DNA from: Raja brachyura
Lineage: Eukaryota
Direction of reading: 5' to 3'
Length of the DNA stretch: 64,000 nt
Assembly (NCBI GenBank): GCA_963514005.1
Contig: OY740784.1
Span: forward strand, 94,736,001-94,800,000
This document shows positions 47,890-61,707 of this stretch, piece after piece. The notes beneath the pieces are model-generated. The model did no database searches. It was not told the origin of the DNA and worked only from the letters and a program-made list of their open reading frames with translations. Numbering within the stretch: the first letter of the stretch is position 1; each line of letters starts with the position of its first letter. A program made the translations under genes and the position numbers.

Positions 47890-48590
47890 GGTCTCTCACC
47901 CTCATCATCCTGGGCGTAACCAATGACCAAAAACCCAACAGGATCAGCCACATAAATACCATGGCTGCAAGACCGGATCAGACACTTGCCAAGTGACTCA
48001 TCTCCACACAATCCAGAACCAGGAAACACAAGGAACTGCAGATGCTAGAATCTAGCGCAAAACATATAGTGCTGGAGTAACACAGCCTGACCCACAGAGT
48101 TACACCAACACTCTGTGTTTTAATTCAGAACCTTCCCACAAGGCATAAATCAAGGGTGAATGAAGTACTCAAATCTTGTGGGAATAAGTGGATTTCTAAC
48201 AACAGTCAGGAAGCTCAAATCTTTCCAAGACAAAGCACCCATTAATTGACAACTAATCCACCATCCCAACCATTCATTCCTACCAGCAACAGAGCACCGT
48301 AACTGTTGTGTGTACAATCTTCAAAACACACCGCAGATACCTATCTAGGTTGCCTAGGCAACATCTTTTCAAACATATGACCTCCAACACCAAGTACAGT
48401 GACAGCAGGCACATGGGAACACTTCCAACTACAGATTAGTTTCTGTGACACACATAATCCTGATAGAAATATATCATTGTTGCCCAGTCAAAATCCTGGA
48501 ATTCTCTTCCCAGTAGCATTTTGGAAGCACCTGCAGCAGAGGTACTGTGTGATTGGGGCGAGTGATAACTTTCACCACCCAAGCACCGGG
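47890..48590 (+). mobile_element. Old CR1/L2-group LINE 3' fragment, with a PLE-derived palindromic insert at 48021-48121
   Basis: ILGVTNDQK..SHINTMAARPDQ; insert flanked by aatccagaacc / aattcagaacc. Confidence 0.55.
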
Positions 48591-49809
48591 GCCACAGAAG
48601 AAGAAAATTGTCAAGGAACCAGTCAAGGAGACTGCTGATGACGTTGGGGACTCTTCCACCTACAAGAACACTCAGCACCACAATTACACCCGCTGACCTT
48701 TGCAAACCTAGTCATGGAGATGGCAAAGTATCTGTTACTCCATCCTTCCTCAGGAAGATAGTAAGTCTCAGTACGGACTCATCACAATTCCTACATGCAG
48801 CGAGAATGTGGGTTTGAGATCGATGGAATGGTGCTCCATTAAAAATAGCCCAAATAAATTAATTAAAGAAGTGAATGTGCTTTATGCCATTTTGCTTATA
48901 CTGTTGCATTATAATTGTGTTCAATAATAATAAAGAGTATAAAATCACAAATATATTTAACATTGATAAAATAGTTTTCATCAATTTAAATGGGCAGGTT
49001 TGTTGCATCTAGCTAGACACTTAGTTATGTTAGCAAGTATGTTTAGATTTCATAATACATCAGTTAACATTTTAAAACAAAAATTAGCATACAAAAATCC
49101 ATGTGTCAAAAATTCTTGCTTCAATGCATATGGCATCAGCAAAGGGATAAACATTGTGCAATGGCCAATATGCAACAGTGAGGTCTTTAAAGCAAGTCAC
49201 TCCTGGTGATTGCAGGAAGTCAGTCAGCTGGAAAATCCCCAAATGAGGTGCTAATGCCTAACATAAAATATACACAGTTTGACTCGGACTCAAAACAATT
49301 CTTCAGGAGAGCTCCAGTGAGTGAACAGCTCCTAATCCAAATTGTAAATGTCAAAGTGCTTTAGAACCAGCGGCAACGGTTACCGTGCACCAGATTGTTG
49401 CTAAATAAAGTTGAAAAGAGTGGAGTAGACAGCATGTTTCTTGGTGAAAATAAGGATTAACAGAAAAGACTTTTATGAAATCCCAACCACATATACAAGT
49501 CCTCATAATTTCATCTTGGTCATTTTGAAAATAATAATACCACTAATGCATTCCCAAATTTTATTTTTACTCTGTAGCTTGAAATGATGCATGGTCAAGA
49601 AAGCTAATAGAATATATTGGAAAACTCAGCATATCAGGACATATATCAGGACACATCTGTGGGAAAAGAAACAGCTAATGTTTCGCTCAGTCAAATTAAA
49701 AAAAAAATTATTCTTCCATATAAACTGTTAATGGAAAACTATCGCCCCAGTATATTGAAGTGAAGCTGGTCTGGAACAAAGATTCACAGATGACGATGAT
49801 GAGTGCAAA

Positions 49810-50910
49810 GGAATAGGGCAGACCACATTTGGAATATTGTAAGCTGTTTTGGCCCCATATCTGAGAAAGGATGAGATGGCATTGGAGAAAGTCAAGAGGA
49901 GGTTTACGAGAATTAACCCGGGGATGATTGGGTTATTGTACGAGGAGCATTTGATGGCTGCTGGACCTATACTTGCTGCAGTTTAGAAGGATGAGGGGGA
50001 TCTCATTAAAACCTACCAAATAATGAAAGGCTTAGCTAGAGATCATAAGTTTGTAAGTTCATGTGAAAGTCCTAGCAGAATTAGGACATTCGGCCCATCA
50101 ATTCTGTTCCACCATTCAATCATGGCGGATCTATCTCTCCTAATCCCATTCTCCTGCCTTCTCCCCATAACCCCTGACACCCATTCTAATCAAGAATATA
50201 TCTATCTCTGCCTTAAAAATAGATTCAAGATTCAAGATTCAAGAGTTTATTGTCATGTGTCCCAGATAGGACAATGAAATTCTTGCTTTGCTTCAGCACA
50301 ACAGAATATAGTAGGCATGAATAATAGCCATTGCCTTGGCCTCAACAGCCTTCTGTGGCAATGAATTGCACAGATTCACCACCCTCTGACTAAAGCAATT
50401 CCTCCTCATCTCTTTCCTAAAGGAATGTCCTTTAATTCTGAGGCTATGACCTCTGGTCCAAGACTCTCCCACGAGTGGAAACATCCTCTTCACACACTCT
50501 CTCCAGGCCTCTCACTATTCGTCAAGTCTCAATGAAGTGTCCCTTCATCCTTGTAAACTCCAGCAAGTAGAGGCCCAGTGCCATCAAATGAGTAGACGTG
50601 AAGAGCATGTTCCCAGCAGTGGGAGAGTCGAGGACCAGACGGCACAGTCTCAGAATAATAGGACAAACCTTTAGAATGGATGAGGAGTAGTTTCTTTAGC
50701 CAAAGTGTCATGAATCTATGGAATTCATTGCTGTAGACATGGGTGGATGCTGTCATTGGGTATTTTTTTAAAATATTGCTAATTTCTTGAATAGTAAGGT
50801 TGTCAAAGTTTACAGGGAGAAGTCAGGAGAATGGCGTTGAGGGGGAAAAAATAGATCAACCATGATTGCATGGTGGAGCAGACTCGATGGGCGACATGAT
50901 AGTCTTATGA
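49810..50910. mobile_element. Cluster of CR1 3' fragments in both orientations, with a Rex1 tail at 50221-50323
   Basis: RTRGHSLRIKG motifs on both strands; (ttcaaga)3 followed by gtttattgtcat. Confidence 0.7.
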
Positions 50911-51814
50911 TTTTACGCTAGCAATTTGGAACCATGTGTAACAACCTGCTTGCTTTTCACTAATATTGAAGTAAATGAAAATAAAATGGCGTGACACATC
51001 CAACTGAGTACTGAATTGCTGCTGCTGCCCATGACTAATTTCACTCCTGTTGCAAAAACCCAACTGTTGGAGGAAATCAGACAGTAACTATGTTTCTCCA
51101 ACAGTTTGTTTCATGCTCCAGATTCCATCGTTTGCAGTCTTTTGTGTTCTCACATCTGTTGCAGCAAGACAAGCTTGAAAGAAAGGACATGAAGGACAAA
51201 AACTTTCGAGCAAATTAAAGGAAAAAACAGCAACTGCTTTGTTCCAGATCGAAACGTACGCTGCCGATCTTTCTGTTGAGAAAAAAAGAATAGTGCAGAT
51301 ACGGGAAATTTCAAACAGAAAATGTTGGGAATACTTAATAGCATAGGCAACATAGGTTGAAAGAGGAACAGTTAACATTTCAAGTTGATGATCTTTCTTC
51401 AGAAAAATTTAAGAAATTAAATAAGTTTTAAATTGCAGTGAAAGTCAGAAAGGCCAAAGAGAACTAAAGGGAAGGTCTGAGATGCAGCAGAGATCAGGAA
51501 AAAATATGATGGAAAGGCATTGTGCCAATTGAAAGAGAGTGGCCGAAGTTACCAAATAATAAAAGGTATATTAAGGCGTGGTCTAAATCAGAGGAAAGAA
51601 ACAGAAATAATATTACTGAGGGGAAGAGAAATGCTGAATACTGGAAATATATATCAGAAGGCTCATTATCTAAAATTATCTGAATTTGCAAAATCAAGAA
51701 AACTGAAATGTAAGGATATAAGATGCCTGCATTGAGTTTCATTCTAGATACTAAAGACAGAGGTCTGTGGGAAGTGGGATGAATGTAGAAAAGTACAGCA
51801 TTGGAATATACCCT

Positions 51815-52445
51815 TCCATCCACAATGTCTCTGCTGGATATGAGGCCAAGTTAAACTATCATATAATCCATATTCCTCCATTCACTGAATATTCATGTGC
51901 CTATCTAAAAACATCTCAAATGCCACTATCATATTTGTTTCCAATACCAGTTCTAACACCACATTCCACACACCTGGCATTTTTGGTGTAAAAACTTGCA
52001 CCATGTATTTTGTTTAATTTTTCTCTGACCTTAAATCTTTGCCCTCTAGGCTTTGACATATCCACCCTGGGAAAAAAAGTTCTGGTTTTTCACCCTATCT
52101 AGGGCTCTCCTAATTTTATACACTTCTACCAGGTCGCTTCTCAGCCTCTGACACTCCAATGAAAATAATCTGAGTTTGTTCAACCTCTCATTATTGCTAA
52201 TGCGCTCTAATCAAGAATCGTTATATTAAGCATAGAAAGGAACTGCAGATGCTGGTTTACGCCGAAGATTGGCACAAAATGCTGGAGTAAGTTGGCGGGT
52301 CAGGCAGCATCTCTAGAGAAAAAGAAGAGATGACATTTCGGGTTGAGTCCTTTCTTCAGACTTCTTCAGTCTATCTTCAGCATTATATTAAACATTTTCT
52401 GCACCCTTTCAAAATCCTCCACATCCTTCTTGAAATTGGGTGCAA
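51815..52445 (-). mobile_element. Old CR1 3' fragment with a PLE-derived insert at 52230-52382 (TSD ttatattaa)
   Basis: CR1 sequence on both sides of the insert; TSD at 52221-29 and 52383-91. Confidence 0.65.
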
Positions 52446-52489
52446 TGGGATAAGAATTAAAGTGACTCTTTTATCTGAACAAACCAAAA

Positions 52490-52967
52490 TGCAAGGTTAA
52501 TTCCCGGGATGGCGGGACTGTCATATGCTGAGAGAATGGAGCAGCTGGGCTTGTATACTTTGGAGTTTATAAGGATGAGATTAGATCTTATTGAAACATA
52601 TAACATTATTAAGGGTTTGGACACGCTAGAGGCAGGAAACATGTTCCCGATGTTGGGGGAGTCCAGAACCAGGGCCCACAGTTTAAGAATAAGGGGTAAG
52701 CCAGTTAGAACGGAGACGAGGAAACACTTTTTCTCACAGAGTTGTGAGTCTGTGGAATTCTCTGCCTCAGAGGGCGGTGGAGGCCGGTTCTCTGGATACT
52801 TTCAAGAAAGAGCTAGATAGGGCTCTTAAAGATAGCGGAGTCAGGGGATATGGGGAGAAGGCAGGAACGGGGTACTGATTGGGGATGACCAGCCATGATC
52901 ACATTGAATGGCGGTGCTGGCTCGAAGGGCCAAATGGCCTACTCCTGCACCTATTGTCTATTGTCTA
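52490..52967 (+). mobile_element. CR1 3' fragment (third family, (ctattgt)n tail)
   Basis: MAGLSYAERMEQLGLYTLEF...; tail ctattgtctattgtcta. Confidence 0.85.
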
Positions 52968-53664
52968 TAATAAGCAGTGAAAACCTTCATTCCACTGGAG
53001 AAATTTTAACCTGGTGCCAAAGAACATTGGTTACGGCAAAATTATGTTAAATGCACAACCTGTGTAAAAATTGAAAGAGATATTCTGCCAATAGATGAAT
53101 TGCTTGAAACATTTCTGTACTTAAACACCTATGTCTGAGGCATAAGTCTGAGGCACACTGAATTTTGGGTCTGGATCTCATTGAGATTAGGTATTGGAGC
53201 TGTCTAACCATCGTAGGTCCTCAAGTAGATTCTGGAGATAACCTAGTGAAAAGGGTGTAGGTGCTGGTGGTGGGGAGTGGTGTTTTAATGGGGATAGAGC
53301 GGTGGGAGGAGGAATGAAACCATTCCGGACCAAGAAGAGGTTCTCAAGTTCTGGACTGAGCAGTAGTTGGTAACGTTGTTCATGGCTGCAAGCACACTCT
53401 CATTTTTCTCAGCACTACATTTGGTGAAGTGTCTTCATTTAAAATATAGACGGCTTACTTTGGTTTGATTTCCATTGGCTTCTCTAAATACCAATGCATA
53501 TTGATTTGGTTATCCAGAATGAAGTTGGCTGACATTAGCTTTTTTCAGGGGCTCCCCTCTTTGGTGCCCACCAATAGATCTTATTAGTTAAGGGATTACA
53601 TTTTTTCTCTGGCGAAGACCTTGGACATTTCTATGTTAGTTTTGAGCAATGCAGTCAGGATCCA

Positions 53665-53742
53665 GTTCAGATTCAGATTCAGATTCAGATTCAATTTTAA
53701 TTGTCATTGTCAGTGTACAGTACAGAGACAACGAAATGCATT
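53665..53742 (-). mobile_element. Rex1-type 3' tail with (ttcaga)n
   Basis: (ttcaga)4 followed by ttaattgtcat...acgaaatg. Confidence 0.55.
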
Positions 53743-54287
53743 AAGGAATTTGTGTGCGTGCAAACTATCTTTTTGGAGATTAACACATGTGTTTTACATC
53801 TGTAAAAAGGCACCCTATCAATAATATTTTAGCACCACTTCAGTGCTAAAACTATTTCATGTAGAACCCTTAAATATTTTTCATAACATCGCTGGCAGTT
53901 GGCAATCCTAAGTAAAATGCTTAATCCACAAGCCCTAGAGTAGATTTCGAAAAAAATCAGCTTGCACTGCTGGGTTTTCCCTGTTGGATACCAAACCTTT
54001 GGCTCAGTGCAATATGTTCTTTATATTTTTTACACAGAAAGTAAAAGTTGGTAAAATTGCGCATTTTTAACTGAGCATGTTCTTTATCAGCGGGATTCGC
54101 AAGGAGAATGTTTCTTTTCTTTTCTCCACAGAAATAGGTTATTTCTGTGCAGTCAAATATGATCAGCATGGTCAATTAGATTATGGTATCCATTGTGGGA
54201 AGGCAACTCTTGAAAATTCGTTTTTATAGGATTGTGATTGTGGTGTTATTTTGAGAAATGGCTTGCAAAATGTTGTTTAATTCTATA

Positions 54288-54547
54288 GTTTTAGTTTAGT
54301 TTATTGTCACGTGTACTGAGGTACAGCGAAAAGCTTTTTTGTTACGTGCTATCCAATCAGCGGAAAGACTACACATGGTTACATTTAAGCTGACACGGTT
54401 TACAGATACAGGATGAAGGGAATAACATTTAATGCAAGATAAACTCTAGTAATATCTGATTAAAAAGAGTCTGAGCATCTCCAATGAGGCAGATGGTAGG
54501 TCAGGACCGCACTCTAGTTGGTGATAGGTTGGTTCAGTTGCCTGATA
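54288..54547 (-). mobile_element. Rex1/Babar 3'UTR
   Basis: tttagtttagtttattgtcacgtgtactgagg; similar to 18283-18540. Confidence 0.7.
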
Positions 54548-54949
54548 TTTCCTTATGACATGGAAGGAACGGGGCATTCAGTTGACTGAGTTTATAGCAG
54601 CTTACAGAACAAATTGAATTCTCCACTAATATTTCTTGTTTTCTATTCCTCCGATCTTCCATTGATTTGCCCTTTTATATGCTGGTGAAACTTCGTAGAA
54701 CAGCTATCTCAAGGCTCTGGAAAGTTACCACTGGGATGGAATACAATTTTTTTCCCATTCATCTTCATGCTTTGTAAGAAGTGTAGGAATTTGTCCCATT
54801 GGAGTACAATGTCAATATCAAAGCTATATATTTGAAGAAAAAAATGTAATTCAATAGTAGTATATCTTGTAATAATCCATAATCTTTCCACCAGGTCTGA
54901 GGTATTGTTCTTCACAAACTGTTGGTCCACTGGGGAGCGGGGATCTCTG

Positions 54950-55050
54950 CCCACCTATTTGCTTCTAAGATCTCGAGTATCTATAGCAGGTATCTCAAGG
55001 CATTAGAAAAATATCATCAATGCTTTCTCCATAGTATCACTAAATTTATT
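54950..55050 (+). mobile_element. RTE-type LINE fragment
   Basis: LFASKISSIYSRYLKALEKYHQCFLHSI resembles the RTE motif LYxxETWT.YxRHLKALEKYHQ. Confidence 0.5.
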
Positions 55051-55059
55051 CGGCAGGAA

Positions 55060-55355
55060 GGTGGCTCAGGGGTAGAGTTGCTGCCTTACAGCGCTTGCAA
55101 CTCCGAAGATGCGCGTTCGATCCCGACTACGGGTGCTGTCTGTACGGAGTTTGTACGTTCTCCATGGGTTTCCTCCGAGATGTTCAGTTTCCTCCCACAC
55201 TCCAAAGACGTACAGGTTTGTAGGTAAATTGGCTTCGTAAATGTAAAAATTGGCCCCAGTGTGTGTGAGATACTGCAGGGATCTGCAGGGATCGCTGGTC
55301 GGCACGGACCCGGTGGGCCAAAGGGCCTGTTTCTGCGCTGTATCTCTAAAATTAA
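55060..55355 (+). mobile_element. HE1-like V-SINE
   Basis: A and B boxes, V-domain, tail ctgtatctctaaa. Confidence 0.88.
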
Positions 55356-55620
55356 AAAAAGACAAACCAATGTCAGTGACCTTTATCAGGCCGACACCCC
55401 CAGCTTTGAAGACCTAGATGCACACAGTTGACTATGTTGTGCAGGCCATACAACACCAATCATGAGAGGAATAGATTGTCTTGCCCAGAGTAGAGGAATC
55501 GAGAACCAGAGGGCATAGGGGAAGGGATTTATAGAAATTTGAGGGGCAAATCTTTCACATAAAGGGTGGTGCAGGTATGGAAGGAGCTGCCGGAGAGGTA
55601 GTCAAGGCAGGGACAATTGC

Positions 55621-55768
55621 GTTAAAGAAGGAACTGCAGATGCTGGAGAATCGAGGGTTACACAAAAAGCTGGAGAAACTCAGCGGGTGCAGCAGCATCT
55701 AAGGAGCGAAGGTGATAGGCAACGTTTCGGGTCGAGACCCTTCTGTCGACCCAGCTTTTTGTGTAACC
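55621..55768 (-). mobile_element. PLE-derived short insertion with 13-bp TSD and terminal inversion, inside an old plus-strand CR1 (55440-55867, 57326-57395)
   Basis: TSD cagggacaattgc at 55608-20 and 55769-81; ggttacacaaaaagctgg inverted as ccagctttttgtgtaacc. Confidence 0.8.
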
Positions 55769-55867
55769 CAGGGACAATTGCAATGTTTAAGAAGCAATTA
55801 GGCAGGTACCTAGAATACGACAGGTTTACAGAAATATGGGCTGAATTGCAGGCAAGTGGGACATGTA

Positions 55868-57325
55868 AAAACATAGAAACATAGAAAATAGGTGCAGGAG
55901 TAGGACATTCGGCCCTTCAAGAATGCATCGCCATTCACTATGATCATGGCTGATCATCCAACTCAGTATCCTGTACCTGCCTTCTCTCCATACCCCCTGA
56001 TCCCTCCAGCCACAAGGGCCACATCTAACTCCCTCTTAAATATAGCCAATGAACTGGCCTCAACTACCTTCTGTGGCAGAGAATTCCACAGATTCACCAC
56101 CTCCTGTGTGAAAAATGATTTTCTCATCTCGGTCCTAAAAGACTTCCCCCTTATCCTTAAACTGTGACCATTTGTTCTGGAATTCCCCAACATTGGCAAC
56201 AATCTTCCTGTATTTAGAATGTCCTTAAGAATTTTGTAAGTCTCTATAAGATCCCCCCTCAATCTTCTAAATTCCAGCGAGTACAAGCCGAGTCTATCCA
56301 GTCTTTCTTCATATGGAAATCCTGCCATCCCAGAAATCAGTCTGGTGAACCTTCTCTGTACTCCCTCTATGGCAAGAATGTCTTTCGTCAGATTAGGAGA
56401 CCAAAACTGTATGCAATACTCCAGGTGTGGCCTCACCAAGACCCTGTACAACTGCAGTAGAACCTCCCTGCTCTTGTACTCAAATCCTTTTGCTATGAAT
56501 GCCAACATACCATTCGCTTTCTTCACAGCCTGCTGCACCTGCATGCCTAATTTCAATGACTGCTGTACCATGACACCCAGGTCTCGTTGCATCTCCCCTT
56601 TTCCTAATCTGCCACCATTCAGATAATAGTCTACCCTCCTGTTTTTGTCACCAAAGTGGATAACCTCACACTTATCCACATTATACTGCATCTGCCATGC
56701 ATTTGCCCACTCACCCAACCTATCCAAGACACCCTGCAGCCTCCTAGCATCCTCCTCACAGCTAACACTGCCCCCCAGCTTCATGTCACCTGCAAACGTG
56801 GAGATGTTGCATTCAATTCCCTCATCCAGATTATTAATATATATTGTAGATAGCTGGGGTCCCAGCACTGAGCCTTGCGGTACCCCACGAGTCACTGCCT
56901 GCCATTCTGAAAAGGACCCGTTTACTCCAACTCTTTCCTTCCTGTCTGCCAGCCAGTTCTCTATCCACATCAATACTGAACCCCCAATACCGTGTGCTTT
57001 ATTTGTATACTAATCTCTTATGAGGGACCTTGTCGAAAGCCTTCTGAAAGTCCAGATATAACACATCCATAGTTTCTCCTTTATCCATTCTACTAGTTAC
57101 ATCCTCGAAAAAATCTATAAGATTCGTCAGACATGATTTACCTTTTGTAAATCCATGCTGACTTTGTCCAAAGATTTCACCACTTTCCAAATGTGCTGCT
57201 ATTCCATCTTTAATAACTGACTCTAGCATTTTCCCCACTACTGATGTTAGACTAACTGGTCTGTAATTCCCCATTTTCTCTCTCCCTCCCTTTTTAAAAA
57301 GTGGGGTTACATTAGCTACCCTCCA
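55868..57325 (-). mobile_element. 5'-truncated CR1 (family of 19753-22680), with 11-bp TSD
   Basis: RT ORFs of 336 aa and part of 176 aa; TSD tgggacatgta / tgggatatgta (55857-67, 57326-36). Confidence 0.92.
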
Positions 57326-57637
57326 TGGGATATGTAGATGGGACATGTTGGACCGAAGGGCCTGTTTCCACACTGTTTGACTGTACGACTTTATTACTCT
57401 ATGCCAAAGCACCCCTGAATGATAAATACCTCTATTCCAAGCTCTGTCATGGAAAATATTATTTGGATGAAAAAGGGAAATGTTCAAGGCTGTGTGCATA
57501 GTCTTCTTGAAGGGGCGAGATATCATCACTGGCTCATGGTAATCTCTAGCTCAAAATGGAGAAGCCACCTTTGGGATGGTATTCAGAACCTTGCACCCAA
57601 GCTTTGGGAGTTAATGACACCCTAAAGTTAATGACAC

Positions 57638-60453
57638 GAGTTGAATGTGCAGATAGCTATTAATGACTATACAATAGTTGGGATCACGGAGACATGGCTC
57701 CAGTGGGACCAAGGCTGGGAACTGAACATCCAGGGATACTCAATATCCAGGAGGGATAGACAGAAAGGAAAGGGAGGTGGGGTAGCGTTGCTGGTGAGAG
57801 AGGAGATTAATGCAATAGAAAAGAAGGACATTAGCTTGGAGGATGTGGAATCGATATGGGTAGAGCTGCGAAACACTAAGGGGCAGAAAACGCTAGTGGG
57901 AGTTGTGTACAGGCCACCTAACACTCGTAGTGGAGTTGGGGATGGCATCAAACAGGAAATTAGAAATGAGTGCAACAAGGGTAAAACAGTTATAATGGGT
58001 GACTTCAATCTACATATAGATTGGGTGAATCAAATGGGCAGGGGTGCTGAGGAAGACGATTTCTTGGAATGTATGCGGGATAGTTTTCTAAACCAACATG
58101 TAGAGGAACCAATGAGGGCAGGCTATTCTAGACTGCGTATTGAGTAATGAGGGTTAGTTAGCAGTCTTGTTGTGCGGGGCCCCTTGGGCAAGAGTGACCA
58201 TAATATGGTTGAGTTCTTCATTAGGATGGAGAGTGACATAATGAAGTCAGAAACAAAGATTCTGAACTTAAAGGTAACTTTGAAGGCATGAGAAGTGAAT
58301 TGGCCAAGATAGACTGGCAAGTAATTCTTAAAGGGTTGACAGTGGATGTGCAATGGAAGGTATTTAAAGACTACATGGATGAACTACAACAATTGTTCAT
58401 CCCAGTTTGGCAAAAGAATAAATCAGGGCAGGTAGTGCATCCATGGATAACAAGGGAAATCAGCGATAGTATAAAAACAAAAGATGAAGCATACAAATTA
58501 GCCAGAAAAAGCATCCTACCAGAGGACTGGGAGAATTTCAGAGTTCAGCAGAGGAGGACAACGGGCTTAATTAGGAAAGGGAAAATAGATTATGAAATAA
58601 ACTGGCAGGGAACATAAAAACTGACTGCAAAAGTTTTTATAGATACGTGAAGATAAAGAGATTAGTTAAAACAAATGTAGGTCCGTTGCAGTCAGAAACA
58701 GGTGAATTGATCATGGGGAACAAGGACATGGCAGACCAATTGAATAACTACTTTGGTTCTGTCTTCACTAAGGAAGACATAAATAATCAACCGGAAATAG
58801 CAGGGGACCGGCGGTCAAATTAGGTGGAAGAACTGAGTGAAATCTGAGTGGTGTTAGGTAAATTGAATGGATTAAAGGCCGATAAATCCCAGGGCCAGAT
58901 AGTCTGCATCCCAGAGTACTCAAGGTAGTAGCCCCAGAAATAGTGGATGCATTAGTGCTAATTTTTCAAAACTCCTCAGATTCTGGAGTAGTTCCTGAGG
59001 ATTGGAGGGTAGCTAATGTAACCTCACTTTTTAAAATAGGAGAGAGAGAGAAAACGGGGAATTACAGACGAGTTAGTCTAACATCGGTAGTGGGGAAACT
59101 GCCAGAGTCAGTTATTAAAGATGGGATAGCAGTACATTTGGAAAGTGGTGAAATCATTAGACAAAGTCAGCATGGATTTATGAAAGGTAAATCATATCTG
59201 ACGAATCTTATAGAATTTTTCGAGGATGTAACTAGCAGAGTTGATAAGGGAGAACCAGTGGATGTGTTATATCTAGACTTTCAGAAGGCTTTCGTCAAGG
59301 TCCCACATAAGAGATTAGTATACAAACTTAAAGCACACGGTATTGGGGATTCAGTATTGATGTGGATAGAGAACTGGTTGGCAGACAGGAAGCAAAGGGT
59401 GGGAGTAAACGGGTCCTTTTTAGAATGGCAGGCAGTGACTAGTGGGGTACCGCAAGGCTCAGTGCTGGGACCCCAGCTATTTACAATATATATTAATGAT
59501 TTGGATGAGGGAATTGAATGCAACATCTCCAAGTTTGCAGATGACACTAAGCTGGGGGGCAGTGTTAGGTGTGAGGACGATGCTAGGAGGCTGCAAGATG
59601 ACTTGGATAGGCTGGGTGAGTGGGAAAACGCATGGCAGATGCAGTATAATGTGGATAAATGTGAGGTTTATCCACTTTGGTGACAAAAACTGGAGGGTAG
59701 ACTATTATCTTAATGGTGGCAAATTAGGAAAAGGGGAGATGCAACGTGACCTGGGTGTTATGGTACATCAATCATTGAAAGTAGGCACGCAGGTAAAGCA
59801 GGCAGTGAAGAAAGCAAATGGTATGTAAGCATTCATAGCGAAAGGATTTGAGTATAGGAGGTTCTATTGCAGTTGTACAGGGTTTTGATGAGACCACACC
59901 TGGAGTATTGCGTACAGTTTTGGTCTCCAAATCTGAGAAAAGACATTCTTGCCATAGAGGGGGTTTAGAGAAGGTTCACCAGACTGATTCTTGGGATGTC
60001 AGGATTTTCATATGAGGAAAGACTGGATAGACTTGGTTTGCACTCGCTAGAATTTAGAAGACTGAGGGGGGATCTTATAGAAACTTACAAAATTCTTAAG
60101 GGGTTGGATAGGCTAGATGCAGGAAGATTGTTCCCGATGTTGGGGACGTCCAGAACAAGGGGTCACAGTCTAAGGATAAGGGGGAATTCCTTTAGGACCG
60201 AGATGAGAAAACATTTTTCACACAGAGAGTGGTGAGTCTGTGGAATTTTCTGCCACAGAAGGTAGTTGAGGCCAGTTCAGTGGCTATATTTAAGAGGGAG
60301 TTAGATGTGGCCCTTGTGGCTGGAGGGATCGGGGGTATGGAGAGAAGGCAGGTACAGGATACTGAGTTGAATGATCATCCATGATCATATTGAATGGTGG
60401 TGCAGGCTTGAAGGGCCGAATGGCCTACTCCTGCACCTATTTTCTATGTTTCT
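57638..60453 (+). mobile_element. CR1 ORF2 copy (family of 19753-22680), multiply disrupted
   Basis: APE (ITETW, YRPP, GDFN) and RT ([14 protein letters not shown]) fragments; ttttctatgtttcta tail. Confidence 0.93.
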
Positions 60454-61707
60454 AAAGAACTGTCTAAGAGAAGAACAAAAAAAATACAAATATGTGCAGA
60501 ATAAAAATGATTTTCTGGACTGTTGGATGTTATTCCAATTAATACTTCAAAATACTTTCAAGTAAAGGTATTTTGAAGGATTAACCAGAGTAAAGCATAA
60601 TTATTTTTTTCATATTATACAATACAGTAGTATTATAACTTTTTCAGTAAACCTGTTAAATTTGAGGAAGTGGGGTAAATAGAATTTCAAGTAAATTTCA
60701 AAGGAATATGGGATCGGGGCTTTGATAAGTTTCACAAATATGGAATATGGGTCTTTGTGCTTTTGAAGCCAGCATGGAAACTCAGGCGTTGATTATTTTA
60801 AAGGGAACGTGGATATTGGGGCTGGAGGAAGCAAAGGACCTGGAGCCTTGATCAACAGGAGGGAGCACAGGAAATGGGACCTTGATGCATTGGCGGAGTT
60901 TAGAAACTGAGTTCCATTTCCTGAACTCCTCTAATGCATCAAGGTTCAATTTCCTGTACATGTTCGAGGGAGCATGGAAACTAAAGTTCGTGTGTTTGAG
61001 GCATAGTGGGAATCAGCATATGGCAAGCAAAATGCTGAACCATCCTACCGAGTCAGTCTCCTGTGGAGCCGTACGCCCAGACACCCACACTCTGACTTGA
61101 AGCACTATTTTTATGCCGTCATGTTAAATCTCAGACATCACACATTGCCATTGCCAACCACTGTATTGGGCTTATAGGCACATTTTAGTCTCATGATGGA
61201 CAATACATTTTTGTATCACTGATGAAACCAGATGGAAGCAAAAACAATAAACCACATCTCATTAACCAGCGTGAAGCAATGAACCCTTTGAGGAAAGCTG
61301 CTCATCCTTGTGTAGCTGCAGATGGTGCTGGAAGGGGGAAGAGGATGGTGCCGGTAAGCGGGCTGCGATATTCCAATGTTGGTTATGGGAGGCACCCTGG
61401 GGTACAGAGCCTGTGAGGTGAGGGACAGTATGTATGTGGGTCACTGCATCCGGATCGATGTTGGTGGAATGGGCTACCAGAAGCCCTGCAGCAGCCTAGT
61501 GCACAAATGGACTACTACGGCACCGAGCAGTGGGGGACCACATCTGCAACATCGCCTGCCCAGGCCAACCCGCCATCTACACCCCGTGCCGTCCCAGCAC
61601 AAAGGGGCTTTATGACCAAGTTAAGACTCTAATATTTGTAACATCTTGAAAGGTATTAGATGGTGCCGAAAACTCTTGTGTACTAACATATCATGTGTTG
61701 TTTTTAG

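Noticed and set aside
13043-54175. Other candidate host exons (~13043, 17732, 32825, 51180, 53957-54140)
   Set aside because: No consistent acceptor, donor and open-frame combination, and no recognisable protein.
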